Under the pieces are notes generated by a model. That model was not told where the DNA came from. It made no database searches and saw only the letters and a list, made by a program, of their open reading frames with translations. The position numbers and the translations under genes were made by a program. This document shows positions 36,825 to 48,780 of a DNA stretch of 64,000 nt, in pieces. Origin of the DNA: Ginglymostoma cirratum (taxonomy: Eukaryota); the NCBI GenBank assembly GCA_024137785.1, contig JAHRHZ010000051.1, positions 434,001 to 498,000 of the forward strand, in the 5' to 3' direction. Position 1 is the stretch's first letter; every line of letters starts with the position of its first letter.

Positions 36825-39800
36825 ATAGAACATAGAACAGTACAGGCCCTTCGGCCCACGATGTTGTGCCAACCGATTATCCTACTAAGATCAACCTACC
36901 CTGCATACCCTACATTTTTCTATCCTCCATGTGCCTATCCAAAAGTTGCTTAAATGTCTCTAAAGTATCTGACTCCACTACCACTGCTGACAGTGCATTC
37001 CACACGCCCACCACACTCTGTGTAAAGAACCTACCTCTGATATCTCCCCTATACTTCCCTCCAATCACCTTAAAATTATGCCCCCTCATAATAGTCATTT
37101 CCACCCTGGGAAAAAGTCTCTGACTATCCAGTCTATCTATACCTCTCATCATCTTGTACATCTTTATCAAGTCACCTCTCATCCTTCTTCGCTCCAATGA
37201 GAAAAGCCCGAGCTCCCTCAACTTTTCCTCATAAGACTTGCCCTCCAGTCCAGGCAGCATCCTGGTAAATCTCCTCTGCACCCTCTCTAAAGCTTCCACA
37301 TCTTTGTTAGAACTGAACACAATATTTCAAGTGTGGTCTAACCAGGGTTTTATAGATCTGCAGCATAACCTCACAGCTCTTAAACTCAATTGCCCTGCCA
37401 ATGAAAGCCAACACACCATACACCTTCCTTATAACCCTATCAACTTGGGTAACAACTTCGACAGATCGACAGATGTGGACCCCAAGATCCCTCTGTTTCT
37501 CCACACTGCTGAGAATCTGCCATTAACCCTGTATTCTGCATTCAAATTTGACCTTCCAAAGTGAATCACTTCATACTTTTCTGGGGTGAATTCCATCTGC
37601 CATTTCTTTGCCCAGCTCTGCATCCTGTCAATGACCCGTTGCAACTTACAACAGCCCTCCACGCTGACCACAACTCCACTAACCTTCATGTCATCAGCAA
37701 ACATACTAACCCACCTTTCCACTTCCTCATCCAAGTCATTTATAAAGATCACAAAGAGCAGAGGCCCCAGAACAGATCCCTGTGGAACACCAAAGGTCAT
37801 CGAGCTCCAGGCTGGATACTTTCCATCTACTACCGCCCTCTGTCTTCTATTGGACAGCCAGTATTGTATCCAGACAGACAAATTTCCCTGAATCCCATGC
37901 CTCCTTACTTTCTGAATGAGCCTACCATGTGGAACCTTAACAAATGCCTTGCTAACATCCATATACAGCACATCCATTGCTCTACCTTCATCAATGTGTT
38001 TTGTCAAATCCTCAAAGAAGTCAATAAAGCTTGTGAGGCATGACCTGCCACTCACAAAGCCATGCTGACTATTTCTAATCAAACTGTCATAAATACTATC
38101 TCTCAGAATCCTCTCCAATAATTTGTCCACCACAGAAGTAAAACTGACCAGTCTGTAATTTCCAGGATTATCCCTCTTCTCTTTCTTGAACAAGGGAATA
38201 ACATTTGCCACCCTCCAATCTTCTGGTACTACTCCAGTGGACAGTGAGGACACAAAGTGGCAGCAATCTCTTCCCTCACTTCCTGTAGAAACCTTGGGTA
38301 TATCCCTTTTGGCCCAGGGGATTATCTATCCTCATGTTTTTCAAAATTTTTCACAGATCCTCCTTCCTAACATGAACCTGTTCGAGCATATCTGCCTGTT
38401 TCATGCTGTCCTCACAAATGTTAAGGTCCCTCTCACTGGTGAATACTGAAGCAAAGTATTCATTAAGGACCTTCCCAACGTCCTATGACTCTGCACACAA
38501 GTTCCCTCCGTTATCGCTGATCGGCCCTACCCTCACTCTGGCCATCCTCTTTTTCCTCACATAAGCATAGAAAGCCTTGGGGTTTTCCTTTATCCTACCT
38601 GTCAAGGTTTCTTCAGTGATAATCGGTACTGCAGATGCTGGAGAATCCGAGATAACAAGGTTATCTCCACATCTCCACACCTCCACACCCCACACCTCCT
38701 CCCTCACCACAATCCCAGGCCCCAAGAAGACTTTCCACATCAAGCAGATGTTCACCTGCACATCTGCCAATGTGGTATACTGCATCCGCTGTACCCGTTG
38801 TGGCTTCCTCTACATCGGGGAAACCAGGCGGAGGCTTGGGGACCGCTTTGCAGAACACCTGCGCTCAGTTCGCAACAAACAACTGCACCTCCCAGTCGTG
38901 AACCATTTCAACTCCCCCTCCCATTCCTCAGATGACATGTCCATCCTGGGCCTCCTGCAGTGCCACAATGATGCCACCCGAAGGCTGCAGGAACAGCAAA
39001 TCATATTCAGCCTGGGAACCCTGCAGCCCAACGGTATCACTGTGGATTTCACAAGCTTCAAAATCTCCCCTCCCCCAACCAGCATCCCAAAACCAGCCCA
39101 GCTCATCCCCGCTTCCCTAACCTGTCCTTCCTCTCTCCTATCCCCTCCTCCCACCTCAAGCCGCACCCCCATCTCCTATCTACTAACCTCATCCCGCCCT
39201 CTTGACCTGTCCGTCCTCCCTGGACTGACCTATCTCCTCCCTACCTCCCCACCTACACTCACCTTTACTGGCTCCATCCCCGCGTCTTTGACTTGTCTGT
39301 CTCCTCTCCACCTATCCTCTCCTCTATCCATCTTCTATCCGCCTCCCCCCTCTCCCTATTTATTTCAGAACCCTCTTCCCCTCCCCCATTTCTGATGAAG
39401 GGTCTAGGCCCGAAACATCAAGCTTTCCTGCTCCTACGATGCTGCTTGGCCTGCTGTGTTCATCCAGCTCCACACCTTATTATCAAGGTTTCTTCAGTTC
39501 CTTCCTGGCTACCTTGTAGCTCTCTAGAGCCCTGTCCGATCCTTGCTTCCTCAACCTTAAGTAAACTTCCTTCTTCTTCTTGACTAGATGTTCCACATGC
39601 CTGGTCATCCACTGTTCCTTCACCTTACCATCCTTTCCTTGCCTTGCCTCAGTGGGACAAACCTGTTCAGTACTTGTAGCAACTGCTCCCTAAACAACCT
39701 CCACATTTCTATCGTGCATTTTCCCAGAGAACATCTGATCCCAATTGGTGCTCCTTAGTTCTTGCCTAATAGCATTGTAATTCCCCCTCCCCCAATTAAA

Positions 39801-39965
39801 TACTATAGTCATGGAGAGGGATAGCAGCAGACAGAATGGGAAAGTAAAGGTCAGGGATTTGTGATCACTATCACCAAAATGCTCTCCCACCAAAAGTTCT
39901 GACACCTGTCCTGGTTGTTGCCAAGCACCAAATCCAATATGGCCTCCCCTCTAGTTGGCCTACCT
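36825..39965 (-). mobile_element. CR1 LINE ORF2 fragment (second subfamily), interrupted by a Penelope-like insertion
   Basis: PEDWRVANVIPLFKK, SQHGF, GVPQGSVLGPLLF, FADD, RRFTRMLPGL; tail repeat catagaacatagaac at 36825. Confidence 0.93.
38618..39484 (+). mobile_element. Penelope-like (Neptune-type) insertion with an open GIY-YIG endonuclease domain, short 5' inversion and 14-16-bp TSD
   Basis: NVVYCIRCTRCGFLYIGETRRRLGDRFAEH...RRLQEQQIIFSLGTLQPNG; tcaaggtttcttcagt at 38602-38617 and 39483-39498. Confidence 0.93.
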
Positions 39966-40714
39966 GCATACATGTTCCTTTCTACACTGCTTCAATCACG
40001 TGCAATACCCATGGCATCTCCCTGTGGCTCAGATATTCTGCTAGCTTGAATTTTCATTCTGCATCCCACGCCCGCTCTGGCTACATTGCTCTAATGAAGC
40101 TCAACAGATGCTTGAAGAACAGCATGTCATTTTTTATTGAAAAACTTTGTGAAGCTTCGGATACAACACTAACTTCAGAAACATAACCCCTACCCCTGTG
40201 TTTCCAGGCAAAGTGCTGATAGAACACTAGTTAGCTCAATTGCTAGAATGTGGAGCAGAATATCACGAATAGAGCAGGTTCGGACCTTCTATTGGCTGAA
40301 GATGTTTTCGGGGTTATGATATCATAACATTAGCCATAATTGGCAAACTTTAGTCATGACGATCACTGTTTTGTGGGAGCTGCTGAGAATGATTACTCTG
40401 TTACCATTTGTATCTCCTGTCAATATTAAAACAAAAATTGTCACATAATTATTCCATTTTGCCTTACAAATTCATTTCTCTGAATATTTCATCATTCCTA
40501 CCTTCCAACACATCACAGATTTTCCCTTTCCTTTTTTCCTACCCTTCCCAACTTGCTGTGCCTCAGTGCCTGCTTAAAGCTTATTACCTCTCAGACTTTT
40601 CCCAGTTCTGATGGAAGGTCAATGAAAGAAAACATTGACTGTTTCTCTTTCTACAGATGCCGCCTGGCCTGCTAAGTATTTGCAGTATTTTCTTCTTTCT
40701 ATTGTAATGAGTGT

Positions 40715-40875
40715 ATTTAAATAAAATTGCAACTTACATTTAAGTTAAAAAATCCACAATGTGGATCCACATTTAAATAAAATTGCAACTTACATTTAAG
40801 TTAAAAAATCCACATTGTGGATCCACATTTAAATAAAATTTCAACTTACATTTAAGTTAAAAAATCCACATTGTG
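40715..40875. repeat. 56-bp tandem repeat, about 2.9 copies, with internal palindromes
   Basis: atttaaataaaatt(g/t)caacttacatttaagttaaaaaatccaca(a/t)tgtggatccac starting at 40715, 40771 and 40827. Confidence 0.95.
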
Positions 40876-40907
40876 TTTTATGTGCACTTTTACATGCTTG
40901 CACTAAC

Positions 40908-41014
40908 CTTGGAATGGTACTCCTGTTCCAACCTTGAATCTGATGTTGCAACCTGTTTGTACTTGCTTATTTTCATTTTCATTTGGCGAGTCCTCTCTTC
41001 CACATCCATTGCAC
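40908..41014 (-). CDS. RIMS2: RIMS2 exon (107 nt, phase 1-0): (G/S)AMDVEERTRQMKMKISKYKQVATSDSRLEQEYHSK
   Basis: Matches recalled RIM2 AMDIEERNRQMK.NKYKQVAGSDPRLEQDYHSK; splice sites CTCTGTCCATAG| and AAG|GTTAGT; phase fits exon 12909-13081. Not shown in the ORF track. Confidence 0.95.
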
Positions 41015-43339
41015 CTATGGACAGAGTCAAGTTAAACAGTCAACTTGCAATTGTCAGTTACCTTTGACTATTACTATTGTTTCACCAGTACTGGTGAGTA
41101 TGTCCAATCAAAGTTCATTGTTGAATCTAAAATTGGGACTTGGGATTGGACAAAACTATATTTAAAAAATTCAATGGGCTCAAAGATTTTCTTTCAAACT
41201 ACAAGAGTTTTTGGCAGCATTAAAAATAGATTATTAACAAGATAAAGCAACAAAATGGTTTTGTCCCTTAAATGAAAAGAATTTAGATTGCACAGCTGAA
41301 GAAAGCCTCTCAAGGTATAAACTGCAAATGGGCCATTGAATTGGCATAGATACAACAGAATGGAGGTTGTATTTATTGGCCCTCTTAAGCAGATCATCCA
41401 AAATCTCAGTGGGAAAGCTCACGTAATTATTAAAGGAGACATTCCCTTTCTAACACAGTGCCACTGGGGCACCTGCATTGTCATCTCAGCACCTTGCCAC
41501 ACCATGGACTTACAGGTGACATAAGCTGGTGTGACTGAAGTCAGTTAAGCGTGAAAAGTTAGTGCAAAAGGATTTCCCTTACTTGCTTGACAGTCTGCAA
41601 ATAGCATTGGACCTCTCTTTAATTGAATGCCAATTGAACATCTAATTGTAGCTTCTACTTACACCTGAAACAATACCAAGTAACCAAAAACAGCGTACAG
41701 ACATGAATTTTGTAAGAATGCCCAGAATCTTGTCAGTCCCACCACCCTTGCCCACCTTCAAAGCAGGTTTTTAACACACTGCAGTGGCAGGCAAAAGGTG
41801 CCCCTCCAGTGGTTTATCTTCTTTAAGTGAGAGAAATGTGTCAACTTGCAATGAAATGAATTCTACTGCAAGTTCCTCCTTTTTTGCCATTGCATCTCAT
41901 TTCTGAAGCCAAGTACCCCATGCAATAGCTACGCTCCCACATCAATGGGACATCAATTTTAGGAACTTCTATAACATTAGACTCAGGTACAGTGTGCTCT
42001 TAAGTATGTGCTTTTGTGAATGCAGATTATTGCTGAGCCAAGCTGTTTTCTGGTAGCTGTGGAAACAAAATCAACACTCACCATTCTGCCTGAACAACAG
42101 AAATCAAAACAATTGCTGAACTAAACTGTATGGCTCATTACGAACTTATTACCATTACACTTAAACAAAGAAATTAACCTTAATGGTGAATTGGGAATGT
42201 AGGTTCAATAATTTTGTGTCCGCTCCACATCTTGCTTGTTCTGCAAACTGACCACATCTTAACTTTGGGCTGAAAATCATGACGTCATTTAGAATACGTA
42301 CAGTCAGGGCTGAGGAGAACATTTATGTACATAGGAAAGATTCTACAGACTTATGATTGAACTCTGTTATGGTTAATCATTTAAAAAGCCATCTTTTAGG
42401 AAGGCTATATTGATTTTGATGCTGACGATCCACATTACATTTGGATCCAAGGGTGTGATTTTCCCCTGTGTGGATGTGGTAGGGATGATGGGAAGAAGTG
42501 CAACTAATTAGGTGAGTTGGTCCTGAAGAGATACTCATCTCCTTAGCAATTATGGGTGAGAAACTCTATTGGGAACTTTCTTGACTTGTCTGTAATTAAG
42601 GTTATTGGGTGGTTAATTCATGGTCCGTTAAGGGCATCAGTGGCTGGTTTCCAAACTATAAAGCCTGTCTGCCTGGTTAGGGAAAGTTCCACTTGTCCGA
42701 GTCTGGGACAAATGGGACTGAGATAGCAGGCAAGGGAGTGGTCTCAAAAAGCCAATACCTCCCTTGCCAGCAACCTTTGAAGTACATGTTAGTGCAATCC
42801 TGCTCTGTGAGGAGCCAAAGAAAAGATTCACCTTTTTGCCATTGGGTTATCTGAAGACTGTCCTCAACCAATGGTCTTTAGGATCCAGAATTTGCTAGCC
42901 TCTAAATGACTGTCAGCTTCTGGTGAGCTGGGAGTCTACTGTCATGTTATGTGGTTGACCAAGCAACTTGCTCGCCTGCTCTGAACAAGCTATTTGGAGC
43001 CAATTCGATACGCTTCCTTGGTGGTGAGAGGCAGCGAGTTAGTTAATATTAAACACACGTGTCTCCAAAAGTAGACAGTAAGTTTATAATTATAACCCTA
43101 AAACTCATACGGTTAGAGAGGAGAGAAATATAAATTTCTGGTGGGAAGCCAGGAACTTTCGAGTGAGAACAAGCTATGGCCAAATCTGTGGCAACTATCT
43201 GGGAAAGGATGTTCTGGCTCTGGAGCGAGTGCAGCAAATGATCACTAGGACTAATGTATGAAGACAGACTGGATGAGTTAGGACCATATTCACTGGAGTT
43301 TAGAAGAATGAAAAGATATCTTATTTTTATAGAAACCTG

Positions 43340-43580
43340 GAGGCCTGGTATTCCAACCGGAACTCCATCAACAAACACATTGAATTGGACACTGTGTACA
43401 AATCACTGAGAAACAAAACTGAAAGTAATACCAGCCGCCCCGGCAAACCGAGATACATAACTAACAAGCGGGACAGAACATCGACGCTTCACTGGAGACG
43501 CACTGACGAAGTTACCTAGCAGGGTGACGAAACATTTTCAACCAAACCCACTGACTCGGCAAGCGTGTCTACAACCACAT
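43340..43580 (+). mobile_element. Penelope/Poseidon-type 3' fragment with hammerhead-like motif
   Basis: EAWYSNRNSINKHIELDTVYKSLR, then CTGACGA-A-GTTACCTAGCAGGGTGAC-GAAAC at about 43503-43533. Confidence 0.7.
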
Positions 43581-44825
43581 TAACTCTGTTTCTCTCACGA
43601 TACATGCTGCCAAACCTTCTGAAGTACAAACAAATTAGTCACAGAAAGAAATCAAAGAAAGAGTAGTGAAGAAAGGAATTTTTTAAAAAAAAGTTAAAAA
43701 TCTGGAGAACAATTTATCACCTGCAGCTCAGAAACTCAACAATCTCAACTGTTCACTCCCTGAGATGAAAAGGATTAATATTTTGAGGCCTATGGAAAAG
43801 TCAGAGAGTGTCTGACTTGGAGAGGTAAAGGAAGAGCTGTGGAAACCACCATTAGTAGTAAAGATCAGGATCCTAACAGTGCACCAGAACCTCCAGCAAG
43901 TGTAGATGATAGAGAAGACGGAAGGATTAGCCAAGGCTTGGAGGAGGAAGGCCTCTGGGGCAACAAAAAGGGACATAAAGCTACTACAGAGCTACCATCC
44001 TTTTTTTGGGAAATTGCGGACATTTAAATTGCTCCTAAGGGCCTTATCATCCACTTTTCACTTGACAATACTAAGGAGTAGCAGTCAGAAGGAAAACCAT
44101 GGGAAACCTAGGGCCTGCCTACAGTACTATTAAGGTACAGCAGTACAAGAAGGAACAAGACAGGACTTTGAGAATAGTGAGGTAGCAACAGGGTTCATTG
44201 TATGATTTGTCTAGTATTCTCTACCCACAATCTCATGGACTTCACCTGGGCTCATGAAAACAAAATAATTCTCCCCACTAACACAAGTAATTAGCAGTTT
44301 ACAGTTATTAGCAGGCTGGCGGAAGGAAGCTTCTGCCCAATCAACAAGATATCCCTCTCAGGATATGACACAAATGACTGAGATATAAAAGTTTAGTGCA
44401 CTCTTCATTTCCAGAGCCAATGATCTTCAGGCAGTCACTGGCCCATTGCTCACTTTGGTGAAACACGTCCTTATATTGTCCTTCCACTATGATATCCATT
44501 GAATTTTCCTAGTCTATAAATCAGAAGAGGGTAATATCATGTATGGGGCTGGTCAGCTTAGGTGGCTAGAGTGTAGGGTTTAGATTAACATCAAAACTGT
44601 GGAATCTACCAATGTTCTGCCTGGTGTAGACTGGGGAACTGCTTCCTTCTGCCACCCTCAAGAACAGAAAAGCAATGGCAAACAATCACTGACAAAAAAA
44701 AATGCAAACAAAAGACTCAAGGTGAAGTACCAATAGATAATGATCCAAGGACAGACTTTGGCAGAGTACATGTGAAAGACAGTAAATGTTCTATATCTAC
44801 AAATAATGTCTCACTATTAGGGGAG

Positions 44826-45143
44826 ATCATAGAATCATAGAAGTCCTACAGTGTGGAAACAGGCCCTTCGGCCCAAAAATCCACACCAACCCACCCAGAC
44901 CCATCCCCCTATAACCCAGCTAATCTACACGTCCCTGAACACTACGGGCAATTTAGCATGGCCAATCCACCTAGCCTGCACTTCTTTAGACTGTGGGAGG
45001 AAATCGGAGCACCCAGAGAAAACACATGCAGACATGGGAAGAATGTGCAAACTCTACACAGCCATTCACCCGAGGGTGGAATCAAACTCGGGTCCCTGGC
45101 ACTGTGAGGCAGCAGTGCTAACCACTGAGCCACCGTACCACCC
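44826..45143 (-). mobile_element. HE1-type V-SINE
   Basis: Minus strand ggtacggtggctcagtggttagcactgctgcctcacagtgccagggacccgagtttgattcc (A/B boxes), V-domain and CR1-like tail. Confidence 0.9.
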
Positions 45144-45147
45144 CCAA

Positions 45148-45456
45148 GATGATGGCCTTGTGGTATTATCACTGGACTGTTAATCCAGAGGTCCAGGTAA
45201 TGTTCTGAGGACATAGGTTCGAATCCTACAACGGCAGGTGGTGGAATTTGAATTCAATGAAAATCTGGAATTAAGAGTCTAAATGATTGTCGGAAAAACC
45301 CATCTCATTCACTAATGTCCATTAGGAAGGGAAACTGCCATCCCTTCCTGCTCTGACCCACAGCATGGTGGTTGACTCTTAAACTGCTCTCTGGGCAATT
45401 AGAGGTGGGCGATAAATGCTTAGCTAGTGACACCCTCGTTCTGTGAATGAATAAAA
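45148..45456 (+). mobile_element. tRNA-derived SINE with L2-like tail (SacSINE/Deu-SINE-like, tentative)
   Basis: tggccttgtggtatt..ggttcgaatcc box; same family as 61884-62230; ends in tgaatgaataaa. Confidence 0.75.
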
Positions 45457-46076
45457 ATGCCATCCTCTACCTTGCATTGATCCCCCTCCTTCATTTCACA
45501 TAGGTGCAATAAATACCTATTGCGAATCTAATATTTGATATTAAGACCCTCTAACTAAAGATGGAGGAACGAACTTTCCAGTATTCATAGTCCAAGAGAC
45601 AAAGCTTTGGAAACTCTCATCAAGTCCAACAATTTCCTGTGGAAGTTTCTACTGGTTCCACATGCTCTGTTCCAGCAGAATACTGGAATATTTAACTAAA
45701 AGTACTCAACTGAATTAGGCTATACAATTACTGGTTACCACTGAAATGAACAGAGCATAGTTTAACATTTGAATTCCTTAACACACGACGTCCAGCTTGT
45801 GGCATCAAACTCTAGCAAAATGTTCCTTAAAAAGCATAGAAGTCACACCAGTTTGAATTAATGCTTGTATTCAGTTGTTCCAGTCCTGTAGCCTGAAAAT
45901 TTTGGTTAAGGGCATTTTTAGTCACTGCTGATCTGTTCATATACTTGACAAGTATACAAATTAATGTACAAGGAAGTAAACTTCAATGACGTCCTGAATG
46001 TTCACAATATGCACTTACATGGTGCACAAAGAAAACAGCTTGGACAGCCATGCTGTAGAACAAATGTTTGCTTCCT

Positions 46077-46165
46077 TGCAACTGAGCTACTCTTAAGCAG
46101 TATAAATATAACTGTATAAGGTACTTAAACAGCAAAGTCTGTTGTTCAATTTATTTTTTTTCACT
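46077..46165. repeat. Dispersed direct duplication, copy 1 of about 88 bp
   Basis: ttaagcagtataaatataactgta..aacagcaaagtctgttgttcaatttattt, also present at 47400-47488. Confidence 0.9.
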
Positions 46166-47399
46166 TGTGTGCCAAAGAAAATGTCGCAAAACTGTTCCAT
46201 CTGTCGGATTACAGCATTGTTTGATCATATCATATTTCATCATAGAGATCAAACATTGACAACACATCCAAGCAAACAGGTTAAAATCAAACTGAAGACC
46301 ACTCCATGCAACAATAAACAAAAAAAATTAGATACCAGAAATACAAAAAACATTAGATACTACAAATCTGAAACAAAAACACAAAACGTTGAAAAATTTG
46401 GCAGGTCAGGTTGTTTTTGTGAAGAGATTTGAATCCTTCCTAAACCTGGCATAGGTGTTTTGTTCATTTTGCGTGCTCAACAGTAGCATTGTCAACTTAC
46501 AATATCTAAGTAAATATTTACCTGACTTGTTGAGTATACCCAGCATTTTCTATTTTTGTTCCAGATGATATAATTAGCTTCATGAAGTATGTTTTGCATT
46601 TTATATCTTAACGCTGTTAGAGTTGAGACAGCATTGAGAGGAAAGTAAAAACCTTTCAGGGAATCATCAGAAAAGCTACTGAGTAATACCTATTTAATTA
46701 ATACATGATATTCTGAGTAAACTGTTAACAATATGGTTACTTAGTCAATATGCTGTATACATACACTGAAAAGAGCTGGTGGGTTTCATTCAGAACCGCT
46801 CATGCTATAACCACATCTAACTGATAACTTTGCTGCTAGTGGGCTGCTAGGTACAATATAATGTCAAATCTTCACTGTATGACTTCTATTGATGCTTACA
46901 ACTCAGTCATTGATCAATTCATGTTTATCTATAAGAAAAGGCAAGTGGGAATAGGAATTCATCATCGGGAACAAGTTTTTCAATTAGATGGTCTAAACAG
47001 GTAATATCCTTTTACATCTTTTTACAGCAGGGCGTAATATCTGAAAACTCTATTACTCACATTCCTGATGAAAGATAGCTCTTTATCCTAAAATACCATA
47101 ATTTAGCACAAGGAGCAATAAACTTTGATAATTTTGTTTCAAGCAATCACATAAAATATGAGCAACATACCAAATGCTCACAAGTTGCGAGTCTAAAACC
47201 CTGTAAAAATCTGTTTATCAATGTTGAAGGCTTTATATCTGGAGCTTATCTAAACAGGTCAAATAACTCGATTATCACAGCTTGTTAAAGTTGATAATGT
47301 TTCCCAAAATCTGTGTCTTTAGATCTCAAACCACTAATCCATTTGGTTTGACATACTGATGCCACTGCCAGTAGACTTGGCTTTTCTTGGATATACAAC

Positions 47400-47488
47400 T
47401 GCAATTGAGATGCTTTTAAGCAGTATAAATATAACTGTACAAGGCACTTAAACAGCAAAGTCTGTTGTTCAATTTATTTCCTTTCACT
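47400..47488. repeat. Dispersed direct duplication, copy 2
   Basis: Near-identical to 46077-46165. Confidence 0.9.
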
Positions 47489-47699
47489 CATCAATAGCGC
47501 ATAACAGGCTTACAATTTCAATTTGTTCCGAACATAACAAGGGCTGTTACTAACCACTTTGCTTTATTTGAAGCAAAATCTTTGCCCACTCCAATCAAGG
47601 TCACTTATGTCAGAAAGATTGTACACAAGGAAGGGAGGAAGACACCTTGGCTGATAATTTTCCAGCACACTAGTATGTATGGTAAGAGTGGGTATACCC

Positions 47700-48780
47700 A
47701 CAAGACCATAAAATGTAGGAGCAGAAACAGGCCATTCACCCCACAAGTCTGCTCTGCCATTCAATGATATCCTGGTTGATCTGATAATCCTCAACTCCAC
47801 ATTCCTGCCTTTTCCCCTTAACTCTTGATTCCCATAATGATTAAAATTCTGTCTATCTCAGTCTTGAATATACTTAATGACCTACCCTTGATAGCCATCT
47901 GTGATAAAGAGTCCCACAGATATTCGACCCTCATGGCAGACTAGCACAAAAGGTGGTATCAGGGGTGAGCTGGCAAGATGGATACAGAACTGGCTTAGCC
48001 ATAGGAGACAGAGGGTAGCAGTAGAAGGATGCTTTTCAGAATGGCGGGTTGTGACGAGTGTGTTCTAGAGGGATTAGTGCTTGGACCTGCTTGCTGTTTG
48101 TGGTCAACATAAATAATTTGGAGGAAAATGTGGCTGGTTTGTTTTCGCTGGAATGCAGGAGATTGAGAGGTAACCTGATAGAAGTTTAAAAGATTGTGAA
48201 TGGCATGGATAGAGTGAAAAGTATGAGGCTTTTTCCCAGGGTGAAGGGGACACAGGTTCGAGCTGTGGGTTGAGGGGCAAAGTTTAAAAGAGATGTATGA
48301 GGCAAGTTTTTCACAAAAACGGTGGTGAGTGCCTGGAACGTCCTCCCAGAGGTGGTGGTGAAAGCAGATACAATAGCAGGATTCAAGAAGCACCCGGACG
48401 GATACATGAATAGGAAGGGAATCGAGAGATACAGATCCTGTAAGTGAAGACAGTTTTAGCGGGGAAGGGCTAAATGTGTCGGCCCAGGCTTGGAGGGCCA
48501 AAGGGCCTGTTCCCGTGCTGTTTTGTTCCTTGCTGTTAGAGAAGAAATTCCTCCTTATCTCAATCTTAAACGTGTGAACCTTTATTCTGAGATTATGCTC
48601 GCTAGACTCTCCCAAAGGAGAAACAACCTCTCGACATCTACCCTGTCAATTCTCCTAAATGTTTTGTATGATTCAAAAAGGCTTCCTTTCATTCTTCCAA
48701 ATTTCGAGTATATGCCCAATCGACACAACCTGTCCTCATAAGACAATCCTCCCCATACCTGGTATCAGCTTAGGTATGAA
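47700..48780. mobile_element. Nested CR1 3' fragments (plus-strand copy at about 47930-48530 inside a minus-strand copy)
   Basis: Typical CR1 tails in both orientations. Confidence 0.75.

Noticed and set aside
40715-40875. CRISPR-like appearance of the palindromic repeats
   Set aside because: Contiguous tandem units with no unique spacers, in a vertebrate intron with no cas genes
40947-40953. Internal in-frame donor CAG|GTTGCA after KYKQ
   Set aside because: Weak site; the downstream 15 codons are conserved RIM2 sequence ending at a better donor
41583-41594. Possible 12-nt microexon with GTAAGG donor
   Set aside because: No real polypyrimidine tract; likely chance
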